IMG/VR virus record: IMGVR_UViG_3300003322_000571
Coordinates: 186,001 to 250,000 of that record
DNA length: 64,000 bases
Direction: 5' to 3' (one strand)
Below the pieces are notes generated by a model, which was given only the letters and a program-made list of their open reading frames with translations, made no database searches and was not told the origin of the DNA. Shown one piece after another: positions 36,328 through 45,995 of this stretch (the first letter of the stretch is position 1; the number at the start of each line of letters is the position of its first letter). The position numbers and the translations under genes are program-made.

Positions 36328-37904
36328 CCGAAAACCATTCCGCCACCAAGATCGTTTTCATCCCAGTCAGAAACGTCTGACGACGAATCGTCGAAATAAG
36401 CATGTGCGTACAATTTGTCGTATGCTTCTTGGTCAAAAGAAGAGATTTCCTCAAGCAACCTAACAGCAATGACAGAAGCCATAATCAAGTCGTCCGTTGC
36501 ACCAACTTTAGCAGCGTAAGATCCACCTTTACGGACGAAGTTCTTCAACTCATGCAACAAAGCCTTGGACTTGATGTGCAAGCTATTACGTTCAAGCATT
36601 TCTTTCAATGCAAGGCATCCCTTGATCTTTGTCTTACCAGTTGTTGTCATTCCCTTGCGCTTTTGGCCAGCTTCGGAAACAAACTCAGCGATATCTGGTG
36701 GATCATCGTCTGCTTCCATTAGAGCAACAATAGCTTCACCAACACCGTTTACTTCGACAGAGTAGTATACGTTCGCTTCGGCTTTTTCGTAGATCCGCAA
36801 CATCTTCTTTAACATATGATAGCCAGTGACAGACGACGCTGTGTTTGATCTAAACTCAGCTACCTGCTCCATCGAAGGGAATTCATATGACACAATTGTT
36901 GTGTAGTCTGAACCAGTACCTGTCGACGGGTCCATACCAATTAGATATACAGTTCCCGCGGTTGGCATCTTGTAGAAGACAATCTCTCCTGCAGTAGCAA
37001 CAGGTTTTCCTGTTACTTTACTGTTTAAGTTCTCAAGGACAATTGTATCAATTAGCAGCGGATCGTTCGAAATGAACTTGCATTCATATTCTTGCTGCCA
37101 ACGGATTTCACCAATTTTAGCAGTTTCTTCACGCTTGAACTTCTCATCGCGGCCAGGTGGTTCGTCCCACTTGACTTCAATTGGTGCGAAACCGTTGATA
37201 CCAACACCGGCAAGTGCAGGATCAGGGTTCGGGTTATTTGCGCCACGCCAAATCTGTGCAAAACGGTTTGTATCACCGTTGGGAGTAGAACAGATAATGC
37301 AACTACCACCGGTCGCAAGCGTTGGTGAAACGGAAGTCCAGAATTCTTCAGCAATTGTGTCACGTACGAATGCAAATTCGTCGAGGAACATCAAAGAGAT
37401 AGAAAGACCACGACCTGTGTTTTCTGTTGTAGCTTGAGAAATAATACGGCTACCATTATCAAACCCAACGCTGTGTTTATTCCATCCGTCGTCTGGTAGA
37501 CCTGGTTTAATCCAGTGCGGAAGACGTTCGTACATAAATCGAACGCGGTTAATCATTTCCATAGCGTTGTCGTTCTTGTTAGAAGCGATCAACACAGTCT
37601 TCTCAAAGTGGAACATAGCGAACCACAGCAGATACGCTCCAGCGATCCAAGATTTCCCAATCTGACGCGGAGCTAGGGCAATTGACAAACGATTGTTTTC
37701 AAATACCTTGATGATTCGGCGTTGGTAAGCACGAAGCTTGAACGGAGCAGAACCTTGGACAGGGTGTTGCAGTTGACAATATGTGTCAATAAAGTACTCA
37801 GCAGATTGCATGCACTTTGAAATCTCATGCACTTGCTCTGCTGTATATTCGTGCTGTTCATTAGCACGTTTTAGAAAGGGATTACGTGGCGCTGCCATAA
37901 ACAC
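36324..37904 (-). CDS. terL: Terminase large subunit (T4 gp17-like)
   Basis: LAPRQIGKS Walker A, FLDEFAF Walker B, CSTPNG, GMDPSTGTGSDY nuclease motif and TDDLIMA. Confidence 0.95.
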   Translation of the reverse strand: MFMAAPRNPFLKRANEQHEYTAEQVHEISKCMQSAEYFIDTYCQLQHPVQGSAPFKLRAYQRRIIKVFENNRLSIALAPRQIGKSWIAGAYLLWFAMFHFEKTVLIASNKNDNAMEMINRVRFMYERLPHWIKPGLPDDGWNKHSVGFDNGSRIISQATTENTGRGLSISLMFLDEFAFVRDTIAEEFWTSVSPTLATGGSCIICSTPNGDTNRFAQIWRGANNPNPDPALAGVGINGFAPIEVKWDEPPGRDEKFKREETAKIGEIRWQQEYECKFISNDPLLIDTIVLENLNSKVTGKPVATAGEIVFYKMPTAGTVYLIGMDPSTGTGSDYTTIVSYEFPSMEQVAEFRSNTASSVTGYHMLKKMLRIYEKAEANVYYSVEVNGVGEAIVALMEADDDPPDIAEFVSEAGQKRKGMTTTGKTKIKGCLALKEMLERNSLHIKSKALLHELKNFVRKGGSYAAKVGATDDLIMASVIAVRLLEEISSFDQEAYDKLYAHAYFDDSSSDVSDWDENDLGGGMVFG

Positions 37905-37936
37905 TCCTTGTTTACGGCATATTTACGGACTAATTT

Positions 37937-38377
37937 TTAGGGGTTACCTTTGTTAGCGAGCGCGCGCATGATTTCATTACGGTCAGCGACAATCAAATTA
38001 TTTGTTACGTTGCCGTTTACCGTCTGCTGACCTTTTGCTGGTGTCAATTTGTCCTTGTGCATCTTCACAGATGCTTTTTCACGAACAGCAGCCAAAGCAA
38101 CGTTCAACATCGTTGCAGTTACTTCACCAATACGCGCCTTATGGCGACCTTCAACTCGATCCATTTCATCGCTGATGTTTTGGACTTGCGTCATTGCAAC
38201 AGCGTAGATTTCTTCAAGTTGCCCTTCGATTTCTGTGTCTTTTTCGTCGTAATTGGCGGGTTTCACCGGTTCTTCAGCGACTACCTCCTGAAATTCAACC
38301 AAAGTTGTCCCTGTCTCGATATCCAAGATTGTTTCGAGAGGATGTTCAATCAACTTTTCGCCAACTACCGTTTTCAT
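37937..38377 (-). CDS. Probable terminase small subunit (gp16-like)
   Basis: Directly upstream of terL; helical core and C-terminal VTNNLIVADRNEIMRAL, as in gp16-type proteins. Confidence 0.55.
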   Translation of the reverse strand: MKTVVGEKLIEHPLETILDIETGTTLVEFQEVVAEEPVKPANYDEKDTEIEGQLEEIYAVAMTQVQNISDEMDRVEGRHKARIGEVTATMLNVALAAVREKASVKMHKDKLTPAKGQQTVNGNVTNNLIVADRNEIMRALANKGNP

Positions 38378-39129
38378 TTGAAAATGCTCTTTTCTGTGAT
38401 GAACGTCTGAATTTGCTGTTGTTGATTCAACTCAAAACATTCAGTGTGTCCACTGAATCGTACGTTCGGTCGGTATTTATAAACCTTAAATGCCCGCTTT
38501 ACCTGTTGTTCAAGTTGAAATAGTTCCCACATTGTACCAACAACAGTTGTAATTGTTTTCACAATATAAGGCATTTGTCCTGTAAAACGCTTTTTAACGC
38601 TAAACTGTGTGATCCCCACCTTAGTAAAACGTTCCGTAGCGTTGTTGCATTCAACGAGGTACAGTATTCCCTGCTTATCTTTCAATTCGGGGAAGGTTGT
38701 GAATCGTTTGACGCCGTATCCGCCTTCGTAATTTTTCTTTGAGCATGTTGGACAGCCTTGTTTTTGACTAATATGTGCTGCTGCCGTTTGGAAGAATGAA
38801 CCGTGTTCATTGCAAATGATCTCAACTTTATCGTGGTACCGTTTGTAGTTAACCTTCACGTAGTCGTACTTGTCACCGTGTATCAGTTGTGCTTTATGCG
38901 CAAACCAATTAGTGTCCTTCTTGTGGTACGCTCCCTTACCATAGTTCCCACATGTTGGACATCCTGATCCATTAAACGTATGCACAGTCGGTATCTGTTG
39001 GAAGGCCCCATGTTCGCGACAAATAATAGTTACAGGTGTTGTACTACCAACATACATGACGTGCGAATAATCGTACTTGTCACCATGAACTGTATAAGCT
39101 GCTCTTGTGAAATCTTCTGTTGAAAGCAT
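38374..39129 (-). mobile_element. Free-standing homing endonuclease (Zn-binding repeats plus GIY-YIG-like domain)
   Basis: Two HGDKYDY..V.Y......V.IIC.EHG.F.Q....H....GCPTC repeats, then LYLVEC...FTKVGITQ...KRF; visibly AT-richer than flanking genes. Confidence 0.75.
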
Positions 39130-39163
39130 ATTCCTCTCCTCGAGGTATTTATGCTCGTATCAG

Positions 39164-39649
39164 TTATTTGAAAATCGATTTCTCGGTAATGATTCTAAAC
39201 TTGATTCCGTGCGCTTTGCAATAAGCAACAGCAGCTTGCCACTTTGCTGTATTGACAGCATAAGTCAACTGCTCATATAACTTATGCTTAGAATTCGAGC
39301 GGGGTGCCTTTGTTTGCGTCAAAGGCTTGACTTCGATAATCTCTTTGACTAGCTGTCCAGCGTTGTTGATATACTCAACATAGTAGTCAGGATAGTACAT
39401 GTGAACTCGGCCGTCGGTCGGTTTCATATAAGGAATTGCAATTTCTTCACTTCCCCAACGAACAACCTTTTCGTTACAATCGAAGAACTTGTGTGTTTCA
39501 AGTTCCCACGACGACATGTAACGAATCTTAGCAGGATCACCCATGTACTTCTGAGGGTTTTTAGGGATATAGTATCCCTGTGAGAACCTGCTACCCTTTG
39601 ATGGCTTCGTTCTGTTTACTTTTCTAGCGAGATTGTCGTTCATATCCAC
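39164..39649 (-). CDS. Head completion nuclease (T4 gp4-like, PD-(D/E)xK)
   Basis: YMSSWE...WGSEEIAIPY..PTDGRVH.YYPDY...IEVKP...NTAKWQAA..YC. Confidence 0.85.
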   Translation of the reverse strand: MDMNDNLARKVNRTKPSKGSRFSQGYYIPKNPQKYMGDPAKIRYMSSWELETHKFFDCNEKVVRWGSEEIAIPYMKPTDGRVHMYYPDYYVEYINNAGQLVKEIIEVKPLTQTKAPRSNSKHKLYEQLTYAVNTAKWQAAVAYCKAHGIKFRIITEKSIFK

Positions 39650-39651
39650 CT

Positions 39652-41100
39652 TTAACCAAACAAGCCACCAAGACTCTGACTAAACTTCGTAGACAAGTCA
39701 GATACGGCTGTCGTAGCTTGGTTAACCGCCCCGCCGATTCCTGCAACCGGTGAGCCGGTACTTGTAGTGTTAAGAGGATCGCACGATGTAGTCGCAGGAG
39801 TTGGTGCACCAAATGGATTGATACCGCCCGTACGTGGACCTTCCGTAGTTGTAGAGCCGTCGTTGTAGCGCAATGGATACACTGCACCACGCTGAAGGTC
39901 TGCAATCTTGTACTTACCGCCGTTGAGATCGCTGCTGACGCTTGTTGTGTCGATGAAAACGCTGTCGTATGCGAACGACATAGTCAATTCAGTACCTTCC
40001 GTACCGTCAGCCATATCAAGGTCGTCGAGTGCAAGTTGTGTGATACGTGGGTTGAAGAAACGGTGTACGTTCATCATGTTGCCACCGTCGTACACATGGT
40101 ACAGACGAATTTCACGGAAGATTTGCTTAGCGTCACCTGCCAAAGCTCCAAGAGATGCAGCATATGTGCTGCCTGGAACCGCTCCGTTGATCGTATTCGC
40201 AACTAGCGTCTTATCGACAAAGTCCATACCACCTTCTTCAAACATGCCTGAATCACCGTTCTCCATGCTTGTGATTGGAGACATTGCTTGGAGATATGCT
40301 TTGTAGAAAGAAACAGCAAAGTTCAAGTTGTCATCATGGAACGACATACTCATTTCGCCAAATTCAGTACGAATAGGTACTTTTGAGCGGAAATTGTAGT
40401 AATTGACGTCTTCGTGGACAAATTTAGCATCTGGACGAGTCGTCTTCTTGACAGTGAAGGCCATGTCAAGAGGACCAAATTGATTACTTCCGAGTGCTGA
40501 ATATGCAGCATCGGGAATAAACTGGACTACGAACAGAAACTTGAACTTAGGAGCTCGTGCAATCAAGTCAAGAGCGTATGGAGACGCTTCGCAGTGCTCA
40601 CCGAGAGCAGTTTGTGCATCACCTTGCGCAGGCGTGAAGATATTACGCGCCAAGCGTTCCAAATTGGTGAAGTCCTGAATGTATCCTGGAATGTCTCTGG
40701 ACTTAAATGTACCGCCCTTTACCTGCTGGAAAATCTGCTTTGCTTGCCCGTATGCTTGGTTCGCAATTGCGGGATTGAATCCTTGAACGGCTTGAATAAC
40801 CGTTGGTGCGATTCCTGTTTGATCCAACACCCAATTAGCACCTGACTCGAGTGTAGAGCCGATGGTGTTAGGCAATGCGCCACAACCCGCACGGATTGAA
40901 TTTGAAATGCTAGCAAGATTACGAAGGCCAGCACCGATTTTACCGCCACCTACACTATTAAGAACAGCGAGATCGCCGACTTTTCCAACAGAGTTAAAGA
41001 AGTCATGGCGAGTAGATGTAGCGGCTGCAATACCTGCTCCGCTTTTTGCAGCGTAAGCAGGTTCACATTGCTTGACAGTAAAAGTCCTTGGATCAGCCAT
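39652..41100 (-). CDS. Baseplate/tail-tube initiator-like protein (tube-fold C-terminal domain)
   Basis: C-terminal half has tube-like motifs (VKKTTRPDAKF..EDVNYYNFR...EFGEMSMSFHDDN...LTMSFAYD); lies next to the tube gene. Confidence 0.5.
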   Translation of the reverse strand: MADPRTFTVKQCEPAYAAKSGAGIAAATSTRHDFFNSVGKVGDLAVLNSVGGGKIGAGLRNLASISNSIRAGCGALPNTIGSTLESGANWVLDQTGIAPTVIQAVQGFNPAIANQAYGQAKQIFQQVKGGTFKSRDIPGYIQDFTNLERLARNIFTPAQGDAQTALGEHCEASPYALDLIARAPKFKFLFVVQFIPDAAYSALGSNQFGPLDMAFTVKKTTRPDAKFVHEDVNYYNFRSKVPIRTEFGEMSMSFHDDNLNFAVSFYKAYLQAMSPITSMENGDSGMFEEGGMDFVDKTLVANTINGAVPGSTYAASLGALAGDAKQIFREIRLYHVYDGGNMMNVHRFFNPRITQLALDDLDMADGTEGTELTMSFAYDSVFIDTTSVSSDLNGGKYKIADLQRGAVYPLRYNDGSTTTEGPRTGGINPFGAPTPATTSCDPLNTTSTGSPVAGIGGAVNQATTAVSDLSTKFSQSLGGLFG

Positions 41101-41148
41101 ATTCAGCCTCAGTTAATGTGGTATTTATGCAGTGGAAACACCAAAAGA

Positions 41149-41172
41149 AAAGGCGCTCCGAAGAGCGCCTTT
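41149..41172 (-). terminator. Intrinsic terminator after the tail tube gene
   Basis: AAAGGCGCTC-cgaa-GAGCGCCTTT; U-tract on the minus strand. Confidence 0.85.
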
Positions 41173-41191
41173 GAAGCTATGTGCTGTTGAA

Positions 41192-41782
41192 TTACTGAAC
41201 TCGACCAGCACCACCAGTTGCAACACCTTGACCTTGTGTGTAGCCACCGATGTTCTGACGAGCATGGTCATAGCTAACTGTCAATGCGATTGTTACTGGT
41301 TCACCAGTTTCATAGTTCAATTCACCGTAGTCGACAGACTCAATGAAGCAGCCTTCAACCGTCCACTTTTCAACAACTTGATCGTTACCGTCCATCAAGT
41401 CGAGGTACGTCACATACTTGTACAGCGAACCTTCACCAGCTGTTGCAAGCCACTGGCCTTCAGCACCAGTAAGCCATTGTTGCTTCTGCATTTGTTGTTG
41501 AACAACAATAGCAGCAGTACCAGTGATATCGTTCTGCAAAGTCAGTGTCATTGGATCCCACGAGTGCTTCGTAGCGATCATCGACACAGAGTTGTAACGG
41601 TGCAAAGCGACCTTTTCCCACGTCAACTTAGGAAGTGTGACTTGCGTAGCCTGCATAGAAACAGGTTGGCTATCAGCACCACCACCCATGTTGGCGAACG
41701 TTACACGCCACAGGTTCTTGCGCTTAGGCTGCAAGATACCCGAGCCTACGCCCGGGATACCAAAATCGTTGATTGTACTCAC
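41192..41782 (-). CDS. Tail tube protein (gp19-like)
   Basis: GTG start after GGAGAG; QVTLPKL, W.PMTLTLQ, EKWTVEGCFI..VDYGELNY and LTVSYD; downstream of the sheath gene. Confidence 0.85.
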   Translation of the reverse strand: MSTINDFGIPGVGSGILQPKRKNLWRVTFANMGGGADSQPVSMQATQVTLPKLTWEKVALHRYNSVSMIATKHSWDPMTLTLQNDITGTAAIVVQQQMQKQQWLTGAEGQWLATAGEGSLYKYVTYLDLMDGNDQVVEKWTVEGCFIESVDYGELNYETGEPVTIALTVSYDHARQNIGGYTQGQGVATGGAGRVQ

Positions 41783-41805
41783 GCTAATCTCTCCTTCTAT
41801 TCTAT

Positions 41806-43533
41806 TTAGATCTCAGCGCCAGTTGCGACGATGCGGATCGGGATGTACAAGAATTCAACTGCCTTGACTGGCTTGACAGCGATGTCGATGTACAGCTCAT
41901 TCCTGTCAATACGATCAGGTGTGTTGTTCGTTTCGTCACAAACTGTTGCGAAGTCATACAGACCGCGCTTAACAATCAGATCACCCAAGAAGCCGTCAAC
42001 CATTGCCTTCAAGTTGTCGCGTGTCAGTTGATCGTTTGGTTCGAACAGGAACGCGATCGTGTTCTTGCGGAGTTGACGCTTGATGTAAACCATCAGACGG
42101 GCAACGTTGACACGGTCAAGTGCGGATGCATCAGGCGCAGAAGTCTTCTGACCAAATACCATCAAACCACGACCTGGCATGTAGTACATTGGGTTGACGT
42201 TCGTGAAGTACTTGTACAAGTTATCACGTTGGCCACGGTTCAAAGCCGTATTAACAAACGTTGTTGCTGTGCCAAGCGTACCGGATACATAACCGACATC
42301 GGAAACGCCAGAGATCAAACCACGACGTGTACCTGCAGGAGCCCACCACACATCAGCAACGTTGTCACTGTATGTGTACGTACGCAGTGCTGTACCGGAA
42401 GCTGCAACGAATACGTTTGCACCGTCCAGGTTTGAAGCCAAGCTGTGTGGGTAGTAGTAAGCGACGTATGGCGAATTGCGACGTGCAGTTGTACCAGCCC
42501 ATGTTGCTGTATCTTCAGGCGACAAATTGAATGGTGTGTCAGCAATAACGAAAGCTTCTTCGTTGATGTCAACGTTCAAAGCGAGCAATTCGTCAATCGT
42601 TTCATGGAAGCCAGGGCACAAGATCAAGTTGTACTCGTACGTTTCACCACGAATGTCTGTATTGCTGTTGATCGAAGCCTGGAGAGCCTGAACAACTGCG
42701 ACACGACGTGCAGCGTCGTTAGCACCGAGACTTGTCTGGTTCATGAATGGAATTGTGTACTTGAACTGATCAGCAGCACCGAGCAACGTGTTAGCTGCTT
42801 CTTGAGCTGTCCATTCCGTAGGAACAACACCGCCGAGACCAGCCGTAACCCATTCGATCGCAATACCTGTCAAACCAATAAACTGGCCTGTAGGAGCTGC
42901 ATCATAGCCGTTAGCGTATACGTTGTACGGAGACGCCGTTGCGTTGTTTGTGAACGTAGCTTGCGAGTTACGGAACGAGAACGATTCCCAAACCATTTGC
43001 GTAGCTTGTGCAGACAACGACAAGAAACGTGTTTGATCAACAGTTACCTTGTAACCAGGATCAGCTGGTGTATAACCGTTCGACAAGTTGTATTCATTCA
43101 ACCAAGCATTAACGAGGTTTTCGAGAACGTATGCGGATTCCTGCAATTTGCGATCCCACATTGCACGAATGTTGAGCAAGCTATCGTCCAAGTTGACGTT
43201 CGCACGAATGACATAAGCGAGATTACCAACACCGAGGAACTGGTTCAGAGCGAACAAACCATACTCGTTACGGCAATCACCGTGCTGCGGCAAGCCGGCC
43301 GTATCTGTCAAGAAACGTGGAACACCATACAATTCTGTACTCTGCTTAAGCGACGTAACAGTACGGATGACGTCATGTTCAAACGTACCAGCGGCATCAG
43401 ACGTACCATTAGCCTGTTTCTTTTCATCAGCGGTAGCAATGAAAATCAAAGGCACAGTGACGGCGGAAGCTGGGATGAAGAAGCTCTCATCCGTAATTGT
43501 AACGCTTACGCCAGGACTCACTAGATTTGCCAT
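41806..43533 (-). CDS. Tail sheath protein (gp18-like)
   Basis: LVSPGVSVTITDES, WWAPAGTRRG, GQKT, LDRVNVARL, FEPND..TR and VCDETNNTPDRIDRNEL..DIAVKP.KAVEF. Confidence 0.95.
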   Translation of the reverse strand: MANLVSPGVSVTITDESFFIPASAVTVPLIFIATADEKKQANGTSDAAGTFEHDVIRTVTSLKQSTELYGVPRFLTDTAGLPQHGDCRNEYGLFALNQFLGVGNLAYVIRANVNLDDSLLNIRAMWDRKLQESAYVLENLVNAWLNEYNLSNGYTPADPGYKVTVDQTRFLSLSAQATQMVWESFSFRNSQATFTNNATASPYNVYANGYDAAPTGQFIGLTGIAIEWVTAGLGGVVPTEWTAQEAANTLLGAADQFKYTIPFMNQTSLGANDAARRVAVVQALQASINSNTDIRGETYEYNLILCPGFHETIDELLALNVDINEEAFVIADTPFNLSPEDTATWAGTTARRNSPYVAYYYPHSLASNLDGANVFVAASGTALRTYTYSDNVADVWWAPAGTRRGLISGVSDVGYVSGTLGTATTFVNTALNRGQRDNLYKYFTNVNPMYYMPGRGLMVFGQKTSAPDASALDRVNVARLMVYIKRQLRKNTIAFLFEPNDQLTRDNLKAMVDGFLGDLIVKRGLYDFATVCDETNNTPDRIDRNELYIDIAVKPVKAVEFLYIPIRIVATGAEI

Positions 43534-43591
43534 ATTTTTCTCCTGTCCATTCCTAAAGAGGTGTGATGATATTTATGGATTTGAACCACAA

Positions 43592-44359
43592 TCAGTCTAA
43601 TTTCAAGTTCGATCCGTCGGCCCACAACTGATACGGAATCCCCTGCTCATCGAGTTCATAGATCATTTCAGCATGCGTGGTAGCTCCGCTGGAGACAGCG
43701 CCAAGACGAACGTAAATCTTCTTGATAAAATCATCATGAACGTCTGCTGGAATATCGATCCAAATAGCGACTTCAAATGTCAAAGTACTCTGACAAATAC
43801 GACGGTCATTACCAATTGGAAAATTGGAGTCCAATTGGACGTTTTTCAAATCAATAGTTGTTTGACGTGCCCAGTCAAAAATAGCATCAGATGTTTGGAT
43901 CTGTACAGTCGGATTAAAGTGAGGAATAATCTGTTCAAGCATCTGACAATGCTGATCAGTATTACTTGCATATAGTCCAAGCTCCACTTCCATAATATAA
44001 GGAACTGGCTTCATCTGGTGAATAACACGTGTATCGTCAGGTACGAGCCCACCTACCGGTGTATACGTTTGACGACGGCCTGTTCCAACTCCTGACAGAC
44101 GTGATGTGTCAAGACGAAGATTACGCATGTAGCAACTCATCGTCGGAAGACGTAGCATCTTGTTCTGCGTGTTTTCAGCAATAATCGAAGCAACAACTCG
44201 TTCACGATGCCCGTACGCAATTGGAACAGTAACGAGTCGTTCTTCCTCAGTAGCGCTCTTGCCAACATGAACTTGGAGTCCGTAGAATACGTTCATGAAT
44301 TGGTAAATCCACTTACGCAATTGTTGGTTGTAGTAAAAACCGTCTTGTCTAATAGCCAT
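43592..44359 (-). CDS. Tail terminator / sheath stabiliser (gp15-like)
   Basis: FYYNQQLRKWI.QF..VF, VPI.YG.RE, LRLPTMS, PVPY..E.EL and QMLEQI.P.FNP. Confidence 0.85.
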   Translation of the reverse strand: MAIRQDGFYYNQQLRKWIYQFMNVFYGLQVHVGKSATEEERLVTVPIAYGHRERVVASIIAENTQNKMLRLPTMSCYMRNLRLDTSRLSGVGTGRRQTYTPVGGLVPDDTRVIHQMKPVPYIMEVELGLYASNTDQHCQMLEQIIPHFNPTVQIQTSDAIFDWARQTTIDLKNVQLDSNFPIGNDRRICQSTLTFEVAIWIDIPADVHDDFIKKIYVRLGAVSSGATTHAEMIYELDEQGIPYQLWADGSNLKLD

Positions 44360-45930
44360 TATTTGATACTCTGTGGTGTTACTTTTGTTTTGCTCGTCAG
44401 ATACTCTGTCAGAATTGGATTCTGTTCGTTATATTGCTGACGGCGATCGACTTCCATGAAAACCCATGTGTTTTTCACCGCTGAATAACGCGTCAAACGC
44501 GGTGGAATGTCGGCTGCCGCACCTGTATATGTCAGGCGGTGCCAATCACCATTCTTCGGATTCGGCGGATATGAAGGCCCTTCTGTATATGGTTGGCCGT
44601 TTTGTGGAATACCGTCCTCAACGTATAGTTGATTAGGACGGAAATTCATTTTGACAATCGCACCAGCACCTTGCGTACGTGCTTTAGCAATTTCCTCTTC
44701 CGAGAAGTGACGAATCGTGTTTGATCCTTCGCTTCCACGTTCAGGAACGTCTGTAAGCGACTGTTGATTAACAGTTTGACTGTAGTTAGAAATGTCCTGG
44801 TATACCTGGTTATTACCGTCGTCAGTACTAAACAAGCCTGAATCGTCAACATGTCGCGACAAATCACCGAACAAATCTTGTGTTTCCTGTGAAGCAAGAG
44901 CCGGTTGTGCTGTTACAAGCAGCATCGTTGGACGCCAGCCTGGTGTATACGTTGTTGCATCCCATGTGACATCTGTTACTTCGAGATATCGTTTGACAGG
45001 ACGCAGATCTGCTGTATATTGCGTTTCACTTGGCAGTTCGATAATGTCACCAATAACGATCGGACGACCCAGCTTTTGCACTGTCGTCGTAAAGTTGACT
45101 TTGATATAGTATGTCGATGTAGGAATCTCAATACCAAATCGCGTCAAGTCTGTTGTCACATTGACGAGTTCGTAATATCCTTTGAGATTGACAGGTTGCT
45201 CTTGGTAATCACGATCGCGGTTTTCCAGGAAGATAGGATCCTGGACGTTACTGATGTGAGTAGCTGAATAGTCGTACATTTCAAGTGCTTGGACGCCCCA
45301 CGAATCGCATTCACCGCCAACAAAATTGACAGGACGAATACGCCAGTAGCGGTTTGGGACTGATTGCTTGAAGTAGATTGTGTTGAGAGCGTCGTCGTTT
45401 GGCAGGTTGACAATTGCAACACCAAACCACTGCTGACCGTTCTCAGAGCGTTCAATACGAGCTTTTGTTACGCGAGACAGAGGATCAGAGCTTTGCTTGA
45501 TCTTAATCGCTGTAATCATCTGTCGAACACTTGCATCGATTCCGTAGCGTTGTCGACCGTTTGGGATCTTGACCACACCAAAGTCGTATCCGATGTATGT
45601 TGAGGCAGTAATAGCAGCCGCCCCTGATTGCTTGGATTTCCATTCATTGGCGAAAGTGGTGAATGCGTTCGAGGCTGGGTAGCCTGGTGCATTACCACTA
45701 GAAATAGGATTACCATCGCCGATAAGATCAACCAGTTTCGTTTGTTCATGGACGCCAAGTAGTTTATAGACGTTAACATTTGCACCCGCGAGCTCAACCG
45801 CGTCGTTGATTACAGAATCAACGTAGCAATTGTTGGCGTTGTCGTCGGTTAGAGACCAAGGACGGCACGTTGACCAGTCGGAAGGCGCAGGACATACTTT
45901 ACCATCTGGTGTTGTTACGCAATCATTCAT
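44359..45930 (-). CDS. Neck protein gp14-like with inserted discoidin (F5/8 type C) domain
   Basis: V.VYKLLG, then a discoidin domain (YIGYDFG...ITAIKIKQ...SENGQQW...YWRIRP), then DPIFLENRDRDY...KGYYE; start moved to ATG 45930. Confidence 0.7.
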   Translation of the reverse strand: MNDCVTTPDGKVCPAPSDWSTCRPWSLTDDNANNCYVDSVINDAVELAGANVNVYKLLGVHEQTKLVDLIGDGNPISSGNAPGYPASNAFTTFANEWKSKQSGAAAITASTYIGYDFGVVKIPNGRQRYGIDASVRQMITAIKIKQSSDPLSRVTKARIERSENGQQWFGVAIVNLPNDDALNTIYFKQSVPNRYWRIRPVNFVGGECDSWGVQALEMYDYSATHISNVQDPIFLENRDRDYQEQPVNLKGYYELVNVTTDLTRFGIEIPTSTYYIKVNFTTTVQKLGRPIVIGDIIELPSETQYTADLRPVKRYLEVTDVTWDATTYTPGWRPTMLLVTAQPALASQETQDLFGDLSRHVDDSGLFSTDDGNNQVYQDISNYSQTVNQQSLTDVPERGSEGSNTIRHFSEEEIAKARTQGAGAIVKMNFRPNQLYVEDGIPQNGQPYTEGPSYPPNPKNGDWHRLTYTGAAADIPPRLTRYSAVKNTWVFMEVDRRQQYNEQNPILTEYLTSKTKVTPQSIK

Positions 45931-45950
45931 GTTGTTTTCCGGAGGCAAAA

Positions 45951-45976
45951 AAATACCCCACCTAGGTGGGGTATTT
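45951..45976. terminator. Perfect 26-bp palindrome acting as terminator and overlapping a late promoter
   Basis: AAATACCCCACCTAGGTGGGGTATTT; followed by a T7 run on the minus strand; TAAATA overlaps the 5' arm. Confidence 0.7.
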
Positions 45977-45995
45977 AGTGTCAATGGTTACGTGA

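Noticed and set aside
23469-37904. Inteins or group I introns in uvsW, uvsX or terL
   Set aside because: All three have normal lengths and contiguous motifs.
45931-45984. ORF-track N-terminal extension of the gp14-like gene (TTG/ATG at 45984)
   Set aside because: It runs through a terminator palindrome and the late promoter; the ATG at 45930 has an RBS and fits better.
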